Source: Escherichia coli (lineage in GTDB: Bacteria; Pseudomonadota; Gammaproteobacteria; Enterobacterales; Enterobacteriaceae). Taken from it: a DNA stretch of 64,000 bases. This document shows positions 19,619 through 28,667 of this stretch, piece by piece. The notes beneath the pieces were generated by a model. The model was not told where the DNA came from. It did no database searches and was given only the letters and a program-made list of their open reading frames with translations. Positions within the stretch are counted from its first letter, which is position 1, and the number at the start of each line of letters is the position of its first letter. The DNA lies in NCBI RefSeq assembly GCF_011045215.1, contig NZ_CP049201.1. One strand, written 5' to 3'. The position numbers were made by a program, and so were the translations under genes.

Positions 19619-21032
19619 TCCATACCTCCTTAAATTCCTGTTCAGTCATCAGATATCGACTCCCTTGATATGGATCATATATTATCACATTCCCAGCATC
19701 ATCAACACCCTTAACAAGTACCCAATGTCCTACTTTACTTCCAGAATCCCACATCATTGCTCCCCATGAACCAGTATTACTGAGGGCATATAAACTAGAT
19801 TCGCTCACTGCATTCCCTTCCCAGCCGACATCAAATTTATTAAGCTTGTTTGCCAGCGACGTCATAGATGTTAATTCTGTTCCAATTACATTTTGCGTGA
19901 CAAAAATATACCTATCCCTAAGCAACATTTCCCCACAGGCCGCTCCACAGCCTGTTAAAGTCAATTGCTTTATTACATTTGAATCTAAAACCTCATCAAA
20001 TACTGTCCAATTGCCACCAGCACCACCTTCTAAAACTACCGGCTCTACAAATACTTTCCCAGAGATATTTTCTTCTGGTATTTTTGCGGGTATCATAAAG
20101 CCCCATAAAAAGCTGGAAAAATGCTCCAGAGCAATCTGATCACCATTATTTGCATCCATTATCATTTTTTTAAGTGCATCCCATGCTTGCCCATTTATCA
20201 ATGAATCACTAATATTAAATAAAGCCTGTTCTTTTTCGTTTAAATTTATATTTGCCTGTTCACATAACCCATCTTCGCCTATCGGGCAAGCAACCGTTGC
20301 CGTTGCCGTATCTAACAGAGCATCGAATGTAACTAAGGCTAAATCCGCCACACCATGTAAAGTGGTGATTGCTCCATTCCCCATTTGAGTAAGTGTGTTC
20401 TCTCCAAACCATTCTCTAATTTGAGATTTATCTCCTTCAATACCATTCCTGAGAGATTCTCTGATATTCTTTATTGAAAAAAACTCCCCCCATGATTGGT
20501 CAGGATCTTTTATTTGGAATAAATCATTTTTAACCTCAGGTGAAATATCTCCGTCAAAAATATTACCAACAGAGAGGAGATCCTTCAGAAGCAGTAAATC
20601 GTGTATTACTTCAGCAGTCCTTTCATAATTAAAACTTCTATCAATGACAGAAATCATTGGTGATTTTATTTTGGTATATAATTTACCAAGGCAGTTATGG
20701 TTATTAATCCCAACAACTGAACCATGATAAGCAACAGGTTTCCCTTCTATTGTTACAGTCGGACTTCCCGTTAAAATAACACAGTCACCCGTTCCTTGAG
20801 ATGTACCGGATATGACACCTTTACCGGCATTACTTTGAGTTCCAGCAATCACTGAACCAACATTTAAAGCTCTGCATCCACGCGCCCATACCGTTGAACT
20901 GTACTGTCTTTCACTATCTAAAGTCTGGTAACTGTCAAAAGGAACCTTGTAACCTCCTACTTCACATACATCTGGTGAAGTACACACGACTCTAAATCTA
21001 GATTCACCATCCCCGATATGATAGTTACCCAT
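19593..21032 (-). CDS. T6SS polymorphic toxin: N-terminal PAAR-like (DUF4150-type) domain, C-terminal papain-like cysteine peptidase (C39-like) domain; 479 aa
   Basis: N-terminus VCTSPDVCEVGG...GSPTVTIEGKPVAYHGS resembles PAAR-like spike-capping domains. C-terminus has a CGAAC motif at residues 362-366 and GHWVLV...D...IYDP at 436-453, a Cys/His/Asp arrangement like peptidase C39 folds. Follows vgrG and the DUF2169-like gene. Confidence 0.6.
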   Translation of the reverse strand: MGNYHIGDGESRFRVVCTSPDVCEVGGYKVPFDSYQTLDSERQYSSTVWARGCRALNVGSVIAGTQSNAGKGVISGTSQGTGDCVILTGSPTVTIEGKPVAYHGSVVGINNHNCLGKLYTKIKSPMISVIDRSFNYERTAEVIHDLLLLKDLLSVGNIFDGDISPEVKNDLFQIKDPDQSWGEFFSIKNIRESLRNGIEGDKSQIREWFGENTLTQMGNGAITTLHGVADLALVTFDALLDTATATVACPIGEDGLCEQANINLNEKEQALFNISDSLINGQAWDALKKMIMDANNGDQIALEHFSSFLWGFMIPAKIPEENISGKVFVEPVVLEGGAGGNWTVFDEVLDSNVIKQLTLTGCGAACGEMLLRDRYIFVTQNVIGTELTSMTSLANKLNKFDVGWEGNAVSESSLYALSNTGSWGAMMWDSGSKVGHWVLVKGVDDAGNVIIYDPYQGSRYLMTEQEFKEVWNGHSVYKP

Positions 21033-22071
21033 AATATTTTTTCCCTATACATTCAGGAATAATACAACTCAGCACTCCTTCTTTCATTCCAAAAAAATCA
21101 GGTATTGTTAATCTCCAGGTAAGGTATATTTCCTGTCGACTTAAATCGATAACCATTGTATCCGCAACAGGTAAGAACATATGTGATGTATTATGCTTGG
21201 TTTTTAATATAAGTACAGGTCGTATACCTGGCAATTTTGTCTTAACAACCTGTTCAAATTTAAAAAAACCTTCAAGAGAGATGTTTTCATCGCCAGAGAG
21301 AAACCCCGTGTATATCATATCCGGATGAGCACTATTGTAGAACCGCTCATCAAAATCATCCGGCAAATAGGGATAGCGCTTTTCACGCCATACTTCATTG
21401 TAGGTTCCTGCATACTGGAGGCGACTTTTCCACCATCGAGATACAGGGCCAACACCTTGAAAAAAGTCAGATTCCCCATTAAAAATGGTAGCGTTTTCTG
21501 ACAAAGCAGAGCTGGTTATTTGTGGGAGTTTATATTGACAACTTGTATTAAGTTGGGAAATATCAGGATAATATCCACAACCTACAGGGTTTGCTGAAAA
21601 AACCAATTTCTCCATACCATCTGGTTGCCAAATACCACCGTAAGCAAGCTCATAGCGTAGAGGAATATTAATAATTTTATCTGGTAAGCTCATCTGCCAA
21701 CGATTTCGCTCATATTGTAAGTAGCGGACACCAGATAAACTCAGTTCTTTAGAAAAACTATTAACCCTCACACAAGCCTTCCACTGAGACTTATCCCCTG
21801 AAGGGGCATGAGCACTACCTGTCACGTGAATATCTGTATTTCTTTTACAAAGAACTAAGTCTGTTTCAGATTTTAGACTACTTGTTTCAGGCTCCCCATA
21901 GTATTCATCAGACATGGACAATTCTCTTTGAAATTCAGCAAGATCAGCATAAAATCCATTTTTAATTCGCAATGACATTTTAATAGCAATAACATCAAAC
22001 AAAAGACCATAACGACCATATTTTTCAAATGACAACAAAGGAAATGGCGTGTTATTTTTCATTTCTATCAT
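21025..22071 (-). CDS. DUF2169-like T6SS adaptor/chaperone protein (348 aa)
   Basis: Called mainly by context: lies between vgrG and a PAAR-like toxin, and its stop overlaps the toxin start by 8 nt (translational coupling). Confidence 0.5.
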   Translation of the reverse strand: MIEMKNNTPFPLLSFEKYGRYGLLFDVIAIKMSLRIKNGFYADLAEFQRELSMSDEYYGEPETSSLKSETDLVLCKRNTDIHVTGSAHAPSGDKSQWKACVRVNSFSKELSLSGVRYLQYERNRWQMSLPDKIINIPLRYELAYGGIWQPDGMEKLVFSANPVGCGYYPDISQLNTSCQYKLPQITSSALSENATIFNGESDFFQGVGPVSRWWKSRLQYAGTYNEVWREKRYPYLPDDFDERFYNSAHPDMIYTGFLSGDENISLEGFFKFEQVVKTKLPGIRPVLILKTKHNTSHMFLPVADTMVIDLSRQEIYLTWRLTIPDFFGMKEGVLSCIIPECIGKKYYG

Positions 22072-22177
22072 GCTTATTGATCCCTGAATAAGTCATGCTA
22101 TGATTAATTTAAACAATCACAAATGGTGATTCACAGGCGTATAAAGCAAATACAATCACCATGTTTTATATTCTGCA

Positions 22178-24160
22178 CTATCCGTTCAGATGAATATCTT
22201 TTCCTTTAATATCTACAGGACCGGTAGCCTCAAATAGAAACTCCGTCCCCCGTATTATTATCTTTCCTGTTTTCTCCAGTTTTATGGAACAAGTCCCGCT
22301 CTCTCCCTGCCCACAAATTAGCTCAATACTGTCCCCAGATATGATTTTTGTACCATGCTCAACTTTCAGTTCGTAATTATCACCTATTTTAATACTCTGT
22401 TTTTTGACGACTTCTTCGGTATCAGTTCCCGTCACCTTGCTTGTCTGGTTGTTATTCACAACCTTGTGCCGGTCATTTTTTATCGTGAGATGCTGATCGT
22501 TCGCTACCGTCACTTTCTGGTCATGACCACCTTCCTTTTTGCTCCCCACATTCACCGTCTGGCCCTTCACCACCGTTATCTTCTGGTTGTTACCGATGGT
22601 TTCCGTATGGTCATGTTTCACATCCGTTGTCCGGTCGTTGAGCACCTCCGTATCCATGTTCTTCTGGGCATGGATATACACCTGCTCATTACTGGTGGCG
22701 TCTTCAAACCGTAGCTCGTTAAATCCGCTTCCTTTATAGGTTTTTGACCGGATGGTCATCTGCGTCTTCGTTCCCGGCAGGTCGCCCGGGGAGCGGTTAT
22801 CTTCATGGTAGGTCCGTCCCGTGACGATGGGCTGGTCCGGGTCGCCGTTCAGGAAGTCAACAATCACCTCCTGGCCCACCCGCGGTATCGCCAGGTTACC
22901 GAACCCCGGCCCCGCCCACGCCTGCGATACCCGCACCCAGCATGAACTCGCCTCCGTCATCCCGTGATAACGGTCCCAGTGGAACTTCACCCGTACCCGG
23001 CCATGTTCGTCGCAGAATATCTCCTCACCCTTCGGCCCGGTCACAATGGCACTCTGCGGCCCGTCCACCTTCGGTTTGCTTTGCAGCCGTGGACGCCACG
23101 TCCGGTCTGCCGGTATCACCTCTAACTGATTTCCCAGCGTGGTTCCCCTCCCCTGGCTGCCGTGCAGCGCCTGCGGCTGGCTTCCTGACAGTATGCTCTG
23201 TACCACCTGCCATTCACGGTTCAGCATCTTCTGCGGATGCCCCGTCAGCGTAAACCGCGTTCCCGGCCACAGCTTCGGTGAATTACTCTGCCCTGTGGCC
23301 TTTTCCGCATCACTGCGCAGGCTGTCCATCTGGTACAGCGTGAAATCCTTGCCGTGCTGCTCATCCTTGAACCTTCCCGGATAATCAAATATCTCGTACT
23401 GCGCCAGCTGTCCGTTCAGGTTCTCACCCTGCTGCTCATACATCCCCGGCCAGTCCGGCACCTTAAACGTGTAATCCTGACTCTGCACCGACGACGGGCG
23501 GACATGCGCCTCATAACGGAACGTACTGAGACACTCCGTCTCCGCTCCTGCCGATGTGTCCGGGTTAAACGGAAGCTCTCCCGCCTGTGACAGCCCCGCC
23601 ACATCGTCGCACAGCGTCAGCTTCTGCTCCGGGCTGTCCGCCGCAAACCGCTCAAAGAAGAAAATCCCCTCCTCCGCCCACAGCCGCGCCAGAAACGCCA
23701 GGTCGCTCTCTCCGTACTGGACACAGAACTCCCGCGCCGGATGGTCTTCATAAAACAGCGGCGTCCACTCCGTGACGCCGTTCTCATTCAGTAACGTGGC
23801 CGATATCGTCCGGATATCCTGCTGCTGGAAGATACGGAAGTTCTGCCGCAGCCCGCACCGCCATAACGGCGGCTCAATACGCAGGTGATAACGCATCTGC
23901 CAGCCATTGTTCTCCTGCATGCCAAAACCCGCCACCACGCCGGTGACATAACGCAGCGGGATGACGCCCTGCCAGATGGTCAGCGTCGCCTTCTTCTCCA
24001 GCAGCATCTCCGCCGTCTGCATAAAAGAGTCGCTGGCAACATCCACACTCATCACAAACGGATATGACTGGTTCTGGATTAACCTGAAGCTCACCACTGC
24101 AAAGGTGTCCGGCTCCTGGCCGTCAACCTCCAGCGTAAAGCGCAGACCTTTTAAGGACAT
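22178..24160 (-). CDS. vgrG: Type VI secretion spike protein VgrG (660 aa)
   Basis: N-terminus MSLKGLRFTLEVDGQEPDTFAVVSFRLIQ and central gp27/gp5-like regions (IFDYPGRF, HWDRYHG, VGQEVIVDFLNGDPDQPIVTGRTYH) are hallmark VgrG motifs. The C-terminal third is AT-rich and repetitive. Confidence 0.88.
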   Translation of the reverse strand: MSLKGLRFTLEVDGQEPDTFAVVSFRLIQNQSYPFVMSVDVASDSFMQTAEMLLEKKATLTIWQGVIPLRYVTGVVAGFGMQENNGWQMRYHLRIEPPLWRCGLRQNFRIFQQQDIRTISATLLNENGVTEWTPLFYEDHPAREFCVQYGESDLAFLARLWAEEGIFFFERFAADSPEQKLTLCDDVAGLSQAGELPFNPDTSAGAETECLSTFRYEAHVRPSSVQSQDYTFKVPDWPGMYEQQGENLNGQLAQYEIFDYPGRFKDEQHGKDFTLYQMDSLRSDAEKATGQSNSPKLWPGTRFTLTGHPQKMLNREWQVVQSILSGSQPQALHGSQGRGTTLGNQLEVIPADRTWRPRLQSKPKVDGPQSAIVTGPKGEEIFCDEHGRVRVKFHWDRYHGMTEASSCWVRVSQAWAGPGFGNLAIPRVGQEVIVDFLNGDPDQPIVTGRTYHEDNRSPGDLPGTKTQMTIRSKTYKGSGFNELRFEDATSNEQVYIHAQKNMDTEVLNDRTTDVKHDHTETIGNNQKITVVKGQTVNVGSKKEGGHDQKVTVANDQHLTIKNDRHKVVNNNQTSKVTGTDTEEVVKKQSIKIGDNYELKVEHGTKIISGDSIELICGQGESGTCSIKLEKTGKIIIRGTEFLFEATGPVDIKGKDIHLNG

Positions 24161-24178
24161 AAATACCTCTCAGACATA

Positions 24179-24463
24179 TCAGCCTATATTTACCGTACCG
24201 CCACCAATGACCACGCCGCCGCAGTCAACAGCATCACCGCTTCTGGCGGCGGGCAGGCCGTCAATAAAGACGGTTGAAGAACCTCTGGCGATTTTACGGG
24301 GATGAGGGGGATGCTTCGGTTTAGCATGCGGCGTCAGCGGATCTCCCTGACGGGCTGCGGGGAGACCATCGATAAAAACGGTGGATGACCCGGCGGTGAT
24401 GACGGTCTCGTAATAACCGTCGTGCTGAGTGCCTTTGTCGGTGAGTTTGGCTGCTAAAGGCAT
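24179..24463 (-). CDS. PAAR-repeat protein (T6SS spike tip), 94 aa
   Basis: Two copies of SSTVFIDGLPAAR(Q/S)GD plus an N-terminal AAKLTD motif; 18 nt upstream of vgrG on the same strand. Confidence 0.75.
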   Translation of the reverse strand: MPLAAKLTDKGTQHDGYYETVITAGSSTVFIDGLPAARQGDPLTPHAKPKHPPHPRKIARGSSTVFIDGLPAARSGDAVDCGGVVIGGGTVNIG

Positions 24464-25002
24464 AATTTCTCCTGTTCAGAATTTCTACAGCAGCAGGTTT
24501 CAAAAATCCGGAGAAATATTCAACGAAATATTAATCACTTCACCGGATATTCTGATACGTACCTTCACTGGTCTATTTAAGTAATACAAATTGTTGGCGT
24601 GTATTAAGTTCCATTTTGTTCTCCTTAATTATGTAAGGAGTATTTGATCATGTATAAGCAATAAAAACAGCTTCAGGAAATAAGGAATATCGCAATTTTT
24701 AAACATAAAATGCGAATCGTTCAATACAAAAAAGCAGCGTTGCGTAATCTTTCCCTGATTAAATACGCTACCGCCCTACCCTGATGACATGATCTGCACT
24801 GCACTATCATATCGACATGTTTCTCTACATGCGAAAAGATGTTTTATTTTCGGATTATATTAAATTGACATTTCATATAAAAAACGAAATTACATCAATC
24901 ATATAAATAATTGTACCAACTTTAATTACTATTCATAGCAAACAAATGGATATCCAGTTAACTACGCCAGTGATTCATTAACATTAACCTCCGGCATTAT
25001 TG

Positions 25003-25620
25003 TTAAATAATGACATTCCTTTTTAATACTTCTTGTAATTTCGGTAACTGACATACTGCATCAGCAATCGCACTGATATTCGTGGCATTATCCTGAAACC
25101 ATTCATGCCCAGGCCCCCATGTGCGCATAGTGCAAAGATAACAGTCCACCAGCGTTAGTTGCTCACCAAACGCATAAGGTTCAGCGGTCAATTGTGAATT
25201 CAGCCAGATATAAAGCGATTTACGATATTCAATAACATTCTTCTTTAACTGTTCAGGTGCGTCAGATGCCCAACGCTCAGGGTAATCGGCGAAAGTGAAT
25301 GTTGGATAGACATTAGCAACCAGCCAGACCAATAGCCGTTGAAACTGCTGACGTTCGGCGCGCCCAACCGGTGGCGCAAGGTCCGGGCGACGATCGAGAA
25401 CCATCAATGCAATCGCCGCTGTCTCCGTCATAATCTCGTCATTTTCCAGAGCCAGTGTCGGAACCTGACACAACGGGTTCAGGGTTTTCAATAACTCGCG
25501 TGAAGTTCCCTCGTGGTCAAAACCACTGACATCAACGAACTGATAAGGAATATCAGCTAGTGTTAGCATCAGCTCACTGATTGTAGAGCCCCATCCGGGT
25601 ACGCCATACACCTTAATCAT
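25003..25620 (-). CDS. yncG: Glutathione S-transferase homolog YncG
   Basis: 205 aa, MIKVYGVPGWGSTISELMLTLADIPYQFVDV (GST N-terminal fold). Confidence 0.85.
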   Translation of the reverse strand: MIKVYGVPGWGSTISELMLTLADIPYQFVDVSGFDHEGTSRELLKTLNPLCQVPTLALENDEIMTETAAIALMVLDRRPDLAPPVGRAERQQFQRLLVWLVANVYPTFTFADYPERWASDAPEQLKKNVIEYRKSLYIWLNSQLTAEPYAFGEQLTLVDCYLCTMRTWGPGHEWFQDNATNISAIADAVCQLPKLQEVLKRNVII

Positions 25621-25886
25621 ATGCCCCTCACAATCTTTTAAAGATTAAGTGTAGGACAGTACACAGGTTAACCAGCAAAAGGATTTGTCATTTTTTCGTC
25701 AGTTGTATTGATCCCCTTCAGGATTGTAAGGGGATGTTTTGCATCGTTTATCGATAACGGGTAGGATGCTGCGCCGATAGTTTTATACCCATAAAGAATA
25801 ATGGTGATAACTATCATCGCCAGGATGAATAAACATTGTTCATGGCAACTTATATGACTTTTTCATTAAAGCAATCAGGGAGAGCA

Positions 25887-27386
25887 ATGAGTAAACACGA
25901 CACCGACACTTCAGATCAACACGCCGCGAAACGCCGCTGGCTTAATGCCCACGAAGAGGGGTATCACAAAGCGATGGGCAATCGCCAGGTGCAGATGATC
26001 GCCATTGGCGGCGCGATTGGTACGGGTTTGTTTTTAGGCGCAGGAGCCCGACTGCAAATGGCGGGGCCAGCACTGGCATTGGTCTATTTGATCTGCGGCC
26101 TGTTTTCATTTTTTATTCTGCGTGCATTGGGTGAGCTGGTGTTACACCGCCCTTCCAGTGGCAGTTTTGTCTCTTATGCCCGCGAGTTTTTGGGTGAGAA
26201 AGCCGCTTATGTTGCGGGCTGGATGTACTTCATCAACTGGGCGATGACGGGGATTGTCGATATCACCGCCGTCGCTCTGTATATGCATTACTGGGGTGCG
26301 TTTGGCGGCGTGCCGCAGTGGGTCTTTGCGCTCGCTGCACTTACCATCGTTGGCACCATGAATATGATCGGTGTGAAATGGTTTGCGGAGATGGAGTTCT
26401 GGTTTGCGCTTATTAAAGTGCTCGCCATTGTGACCTTTTTGGTCGTGGGTACAGTGTTCCTCGGTAGTGGTCAGCCGCTGGATGGCAACACCACTGGCTT
26501 TCATTTAATCACCGATAATGGCGGCTTCTTCCCCCACGGTTTGCTGCCTGCGCTGGTGTTGATTCAGGGCGTAGTGTTTGCTTTTGCCTCCATTGAAATG
26601 GTGGGTACAGCTGCCGGAGAATGTAAAGATCCGCAGACCATGGTGCCTAAAGCCATTAACAGTGTGATTTGGCGTATTGGCCTGTTTTACGTCGGCTCCG
26701 TGGTGTTGCTGGTTATGTTATTGCCGTGGAGCGCGTATCAGGCGGGGCAAAGTCCGTTCGTGACGTTTTTCTCTAAACTGGGTGTGCCATATATCGGCAG
26801 CATTATGAACATTGTGGTGCTGACCGCTGCCCTCTCCAGCCTGAACTCAGGCCTGTACTGCACCGGGCGTATTCTGCGCTCGATGGCGATGGGCGGTTCC
26901 GCACCGAGTTTTATGGCGAAAATGAGTCGTCAGCATGTGCCGTATGCCGGGATTCTGGCGACACTGGTTGTGTATGTCGTCGGCGTATTCCTCAACTATC
27001 TGGTGCCGTCGCGCGTATTTGAGATTGTGTTGAACTTCGCGTCGCTGGGAATCATCGCTTCATGGGCGTTTATCATCGTGTGCCAGATGCGCCTGCGTAA
27101 AGCGATTAAAGAAGGCAAAGCAGCGGATGTCAGTTTTAAACTGCCTGGCGCGCCCTTCACTTCCTGGCTGACATTACTGTTTTTACTGAGTGTCCTTGTG
27201 CTGATGGCGTTCGATTACCCGAACGGGACTTATACTATCGCGGCGCTGCCGATTATCGGTATTCTGCTGGTTATAGGCTGGTTTGGTGTGCGCAAACGCG
27301 TTGCTGAAATTCACAGCACTGCGCCAGTCGTCGAGGAAGATGAAGAAAAACAGGAAATCGTGTTTAAGCCTGAAACGGCGAGCTAA
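25887..27386 (+). CDS. ansP: L-asparagine permease AnsP (APC family)
   Basis: MSKHDTDTSDQHAAKRRWLNAHEEGYHKAMGNRQVQMIAIGGAIGTGLF; 499 aa from the ATG at 25887. Confidence 0.9.
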   Translation: MSKHDTDTSDQHAAKRRWLNAHEEGYHKAMGNRQVQMIAIGGAIGTGLFLGAGARLQMAGPALALVYLICGLFSFFILRALGELVLHRPSSGSFVSYAREFLGEKAAYVAGWMYFINWAMTGIVDITAVALYMHYWGAFGGVPQWVFALAALTIVGTMNMIGVKWFAEMEFWFALIKVLAIVTFLVVGTVFLGSGQPLDGNTTGFHLITDNGGFFPHGLLPALVLIQGVVFAFASIEMVGTAAGECKDPQTMVPKAINSVIWRIGLFYVGSVVLLVMLLPWSAYQAGQSPFVTFFSKLGVPYIGSIMNIVVLTAALSSLNSGLYCTGRILRSMAMGGSAPSFMAKMSRQHVPYAGILATLVVYVVGVFLNYLVPSRVFEIVLNFASLGIIASWAFIIVCQMRLRKAIKEGKAADVSFKLPGAPFTSWLTLLFLLSVLVLMAFDYPNGTYTIAALPIIGILLVIGWFGVRKRVAEIHSTAPVVEEDEEKQEIVFKPETAS

Positions 27387-27394
27387 TTGCAAAA

Positions 27395-27417
27395 TTGCCC
27401 GGCTACGTGCCGGGCAA
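27395..27417. terminator. Bidirectional hairpin terminator between ansP and yncE
   Basis: ttgcccgg-ctacgtg-ccgggcaa inverted repeat flanked by A/T runs. Confidence 0.6.
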
Positions 27418-27500
27418 CTTCAAATTACTGACGAAGGTGTGCCGCATACGGCGTGATAAAAGTCAGGCAAGTCTCTCCGTTTTCACCCTCGCCATATCTA

Positions 27501-28562
27501 TTACAGCGCAATACGAATCACATCGTCCGGCTGGGTAGCTTCCTGCTGTTTAGTGGATTTTTGTTTTACACTGACATACAGCGTTTTGCCATCGGCAGAC
27601 AGCGCCAGGCTGTTCGGATGAGTCGGCGTATCGAACGTTTTCACCACTTTATAGCTTTTCGCGTCAATCACACTGACTTTACCTGCCTGACGATGCGTTA
27701 CGTAGGCTTCATTACGCGCTGGGTTAAACAGCACAGCCAGTGATTCCGGTGCCGCAACCTTCGCCAGAATATTGCCATTACGGGTATCGACCACTAACAC
27801 TTCTGCCGCTTTAGAATCGGTGATAAATGCACGCTGCCTGGCGGTATCAAGGCTAATGTTGATAAAGAAGTGCTCTTTGCCGTCATCCAGCAGCTTTTTA
27901 CGGCTGAGGATTTTATTGTCGGCGGTGTCGATGGTAATCAATTCGCCGTCAGCGTTAGTGGTGTAAAGACGTTTGCCTTTGCTATCCAGCGCCAGACCGG
28001 TACTCATTTTACCGGTGTTCTGGATGGCGGTTTTCAGTTTGATATTCTCGCCATCAACGACCCAAATCACGCTCTCTTTACCAATACCACTGATGTAAAC
28101 GGTGTTCGTGGCATCATCAGCTACCAGCTCACGCGGTTGCAGCGGGCGCACCTCTTCCGTGCGCTTACGATCATCCAGCACCAGACGGCCTTTCACTTCG
28201 CCCGTTTTGGCATCTATCGCCGTGACCGCGCTGTTTACGGTGTTACCAAACCACAACGTCTGAGTCGTGTTATTGATGGTGGCACCAAACGGCTTGAGAT
28301 CGTTATGGATCGCCTGCGTCACTTCCAGAGTGACCGGATCAAGACGATAAACCACGCCACCTTTATCCAGTTTGCGGCTTTGCGAAGTGGCGAGCCACAG
28401 TGCGTTTTCTTGCTGGCTATAAGCCATTTCGTAGGCACCTTTACCTACCGCTTTACGCAGCATTTCTTCTGCGGCCTGCGTACTGAATGATGAAGCAACA
28501 AGCAATGAACCTAACAGTAATGAACCACGCAGGCGCGATGAAAACAGATGACGTAAATGCAT
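27501..28562 (-). CDS. yncE: Periplasmic beta-propeller protein YncE (353 aa)
   Basis: Signal peptide MHLRHLFSSRLRGSLLLGSLLVASSFSTQA-AEE; length matches recalled YncE. Confidence 0.88.
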   Translation of the reverse strand: MHLRHLFSSRLRGSLLLGSLLVASSFSTQAAEEMLRKAVGKGAYEMAYSQQENALWLATSQSRKLDKGGVVYRLDPVTLEVTQAIHNDLKPFGATINNTTQTLWFGNTVNSAVTAIDAKTGEVKGRLVLDDRKRTEEVRPLQPRELVADDATNTVYISGIGKESVIWVVDGENIKLKTAIQNTGKMSTGLALDSKGKRLYTTNADGELITIDTADNKILSRKKLLDDGKEHFFINISLDTARQRAFITDSKAAEVLVVDTRNGNILAKVAAPESLAVLFNPARNEAYVTHRQAGKVSVIDAKSYKVVKTFDTPTHPNSLALSADGKTLYVSVKQKSTKQQEATQPDDVIRIAL

Positions 28563-28648
28563 GACGACTCCCTTTGATGAACCGATATTTTTGCTGCTTC
28601 ACAATGCTTCGCTAAGCGTAATCATCGTTACGCTCTTGTTATAAATGG

Positions 28649-28667
28649 GAATGGTAATCATTATTTT
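28649..28667. promoter_or_regulatory. Putative Fur box in the yncE-yncD divergent promoter region
   Basis: gaatggtaatcattatttt is close to the Fur consensus GATAATGATAATCATTATC; both flanking genes are iron-related. Confidence 0.45.

Noticed and set aside
22355-24305. Plus-strand ORFs overlapping vgrG (22355-22714, 22942-23253, 23139-23384, 23961-24305 and others)
   Set aside because: They are antisense to the strongly supported VgrG frame and have skewed, low-complexity composition.
17350-24463. Possibility that the island is an Rhs element
   Set aside because: No YD-repeat Rhs core or DPxGL-type boundary is visible; the large protein is clearly VgrG-like.
17350-24463. Possibility of a prophage or integrative element
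   Set aside because: No integrase, tRNA attachment site or phage structural genes; the only mobility gene is a truncated H-rpt transposase.
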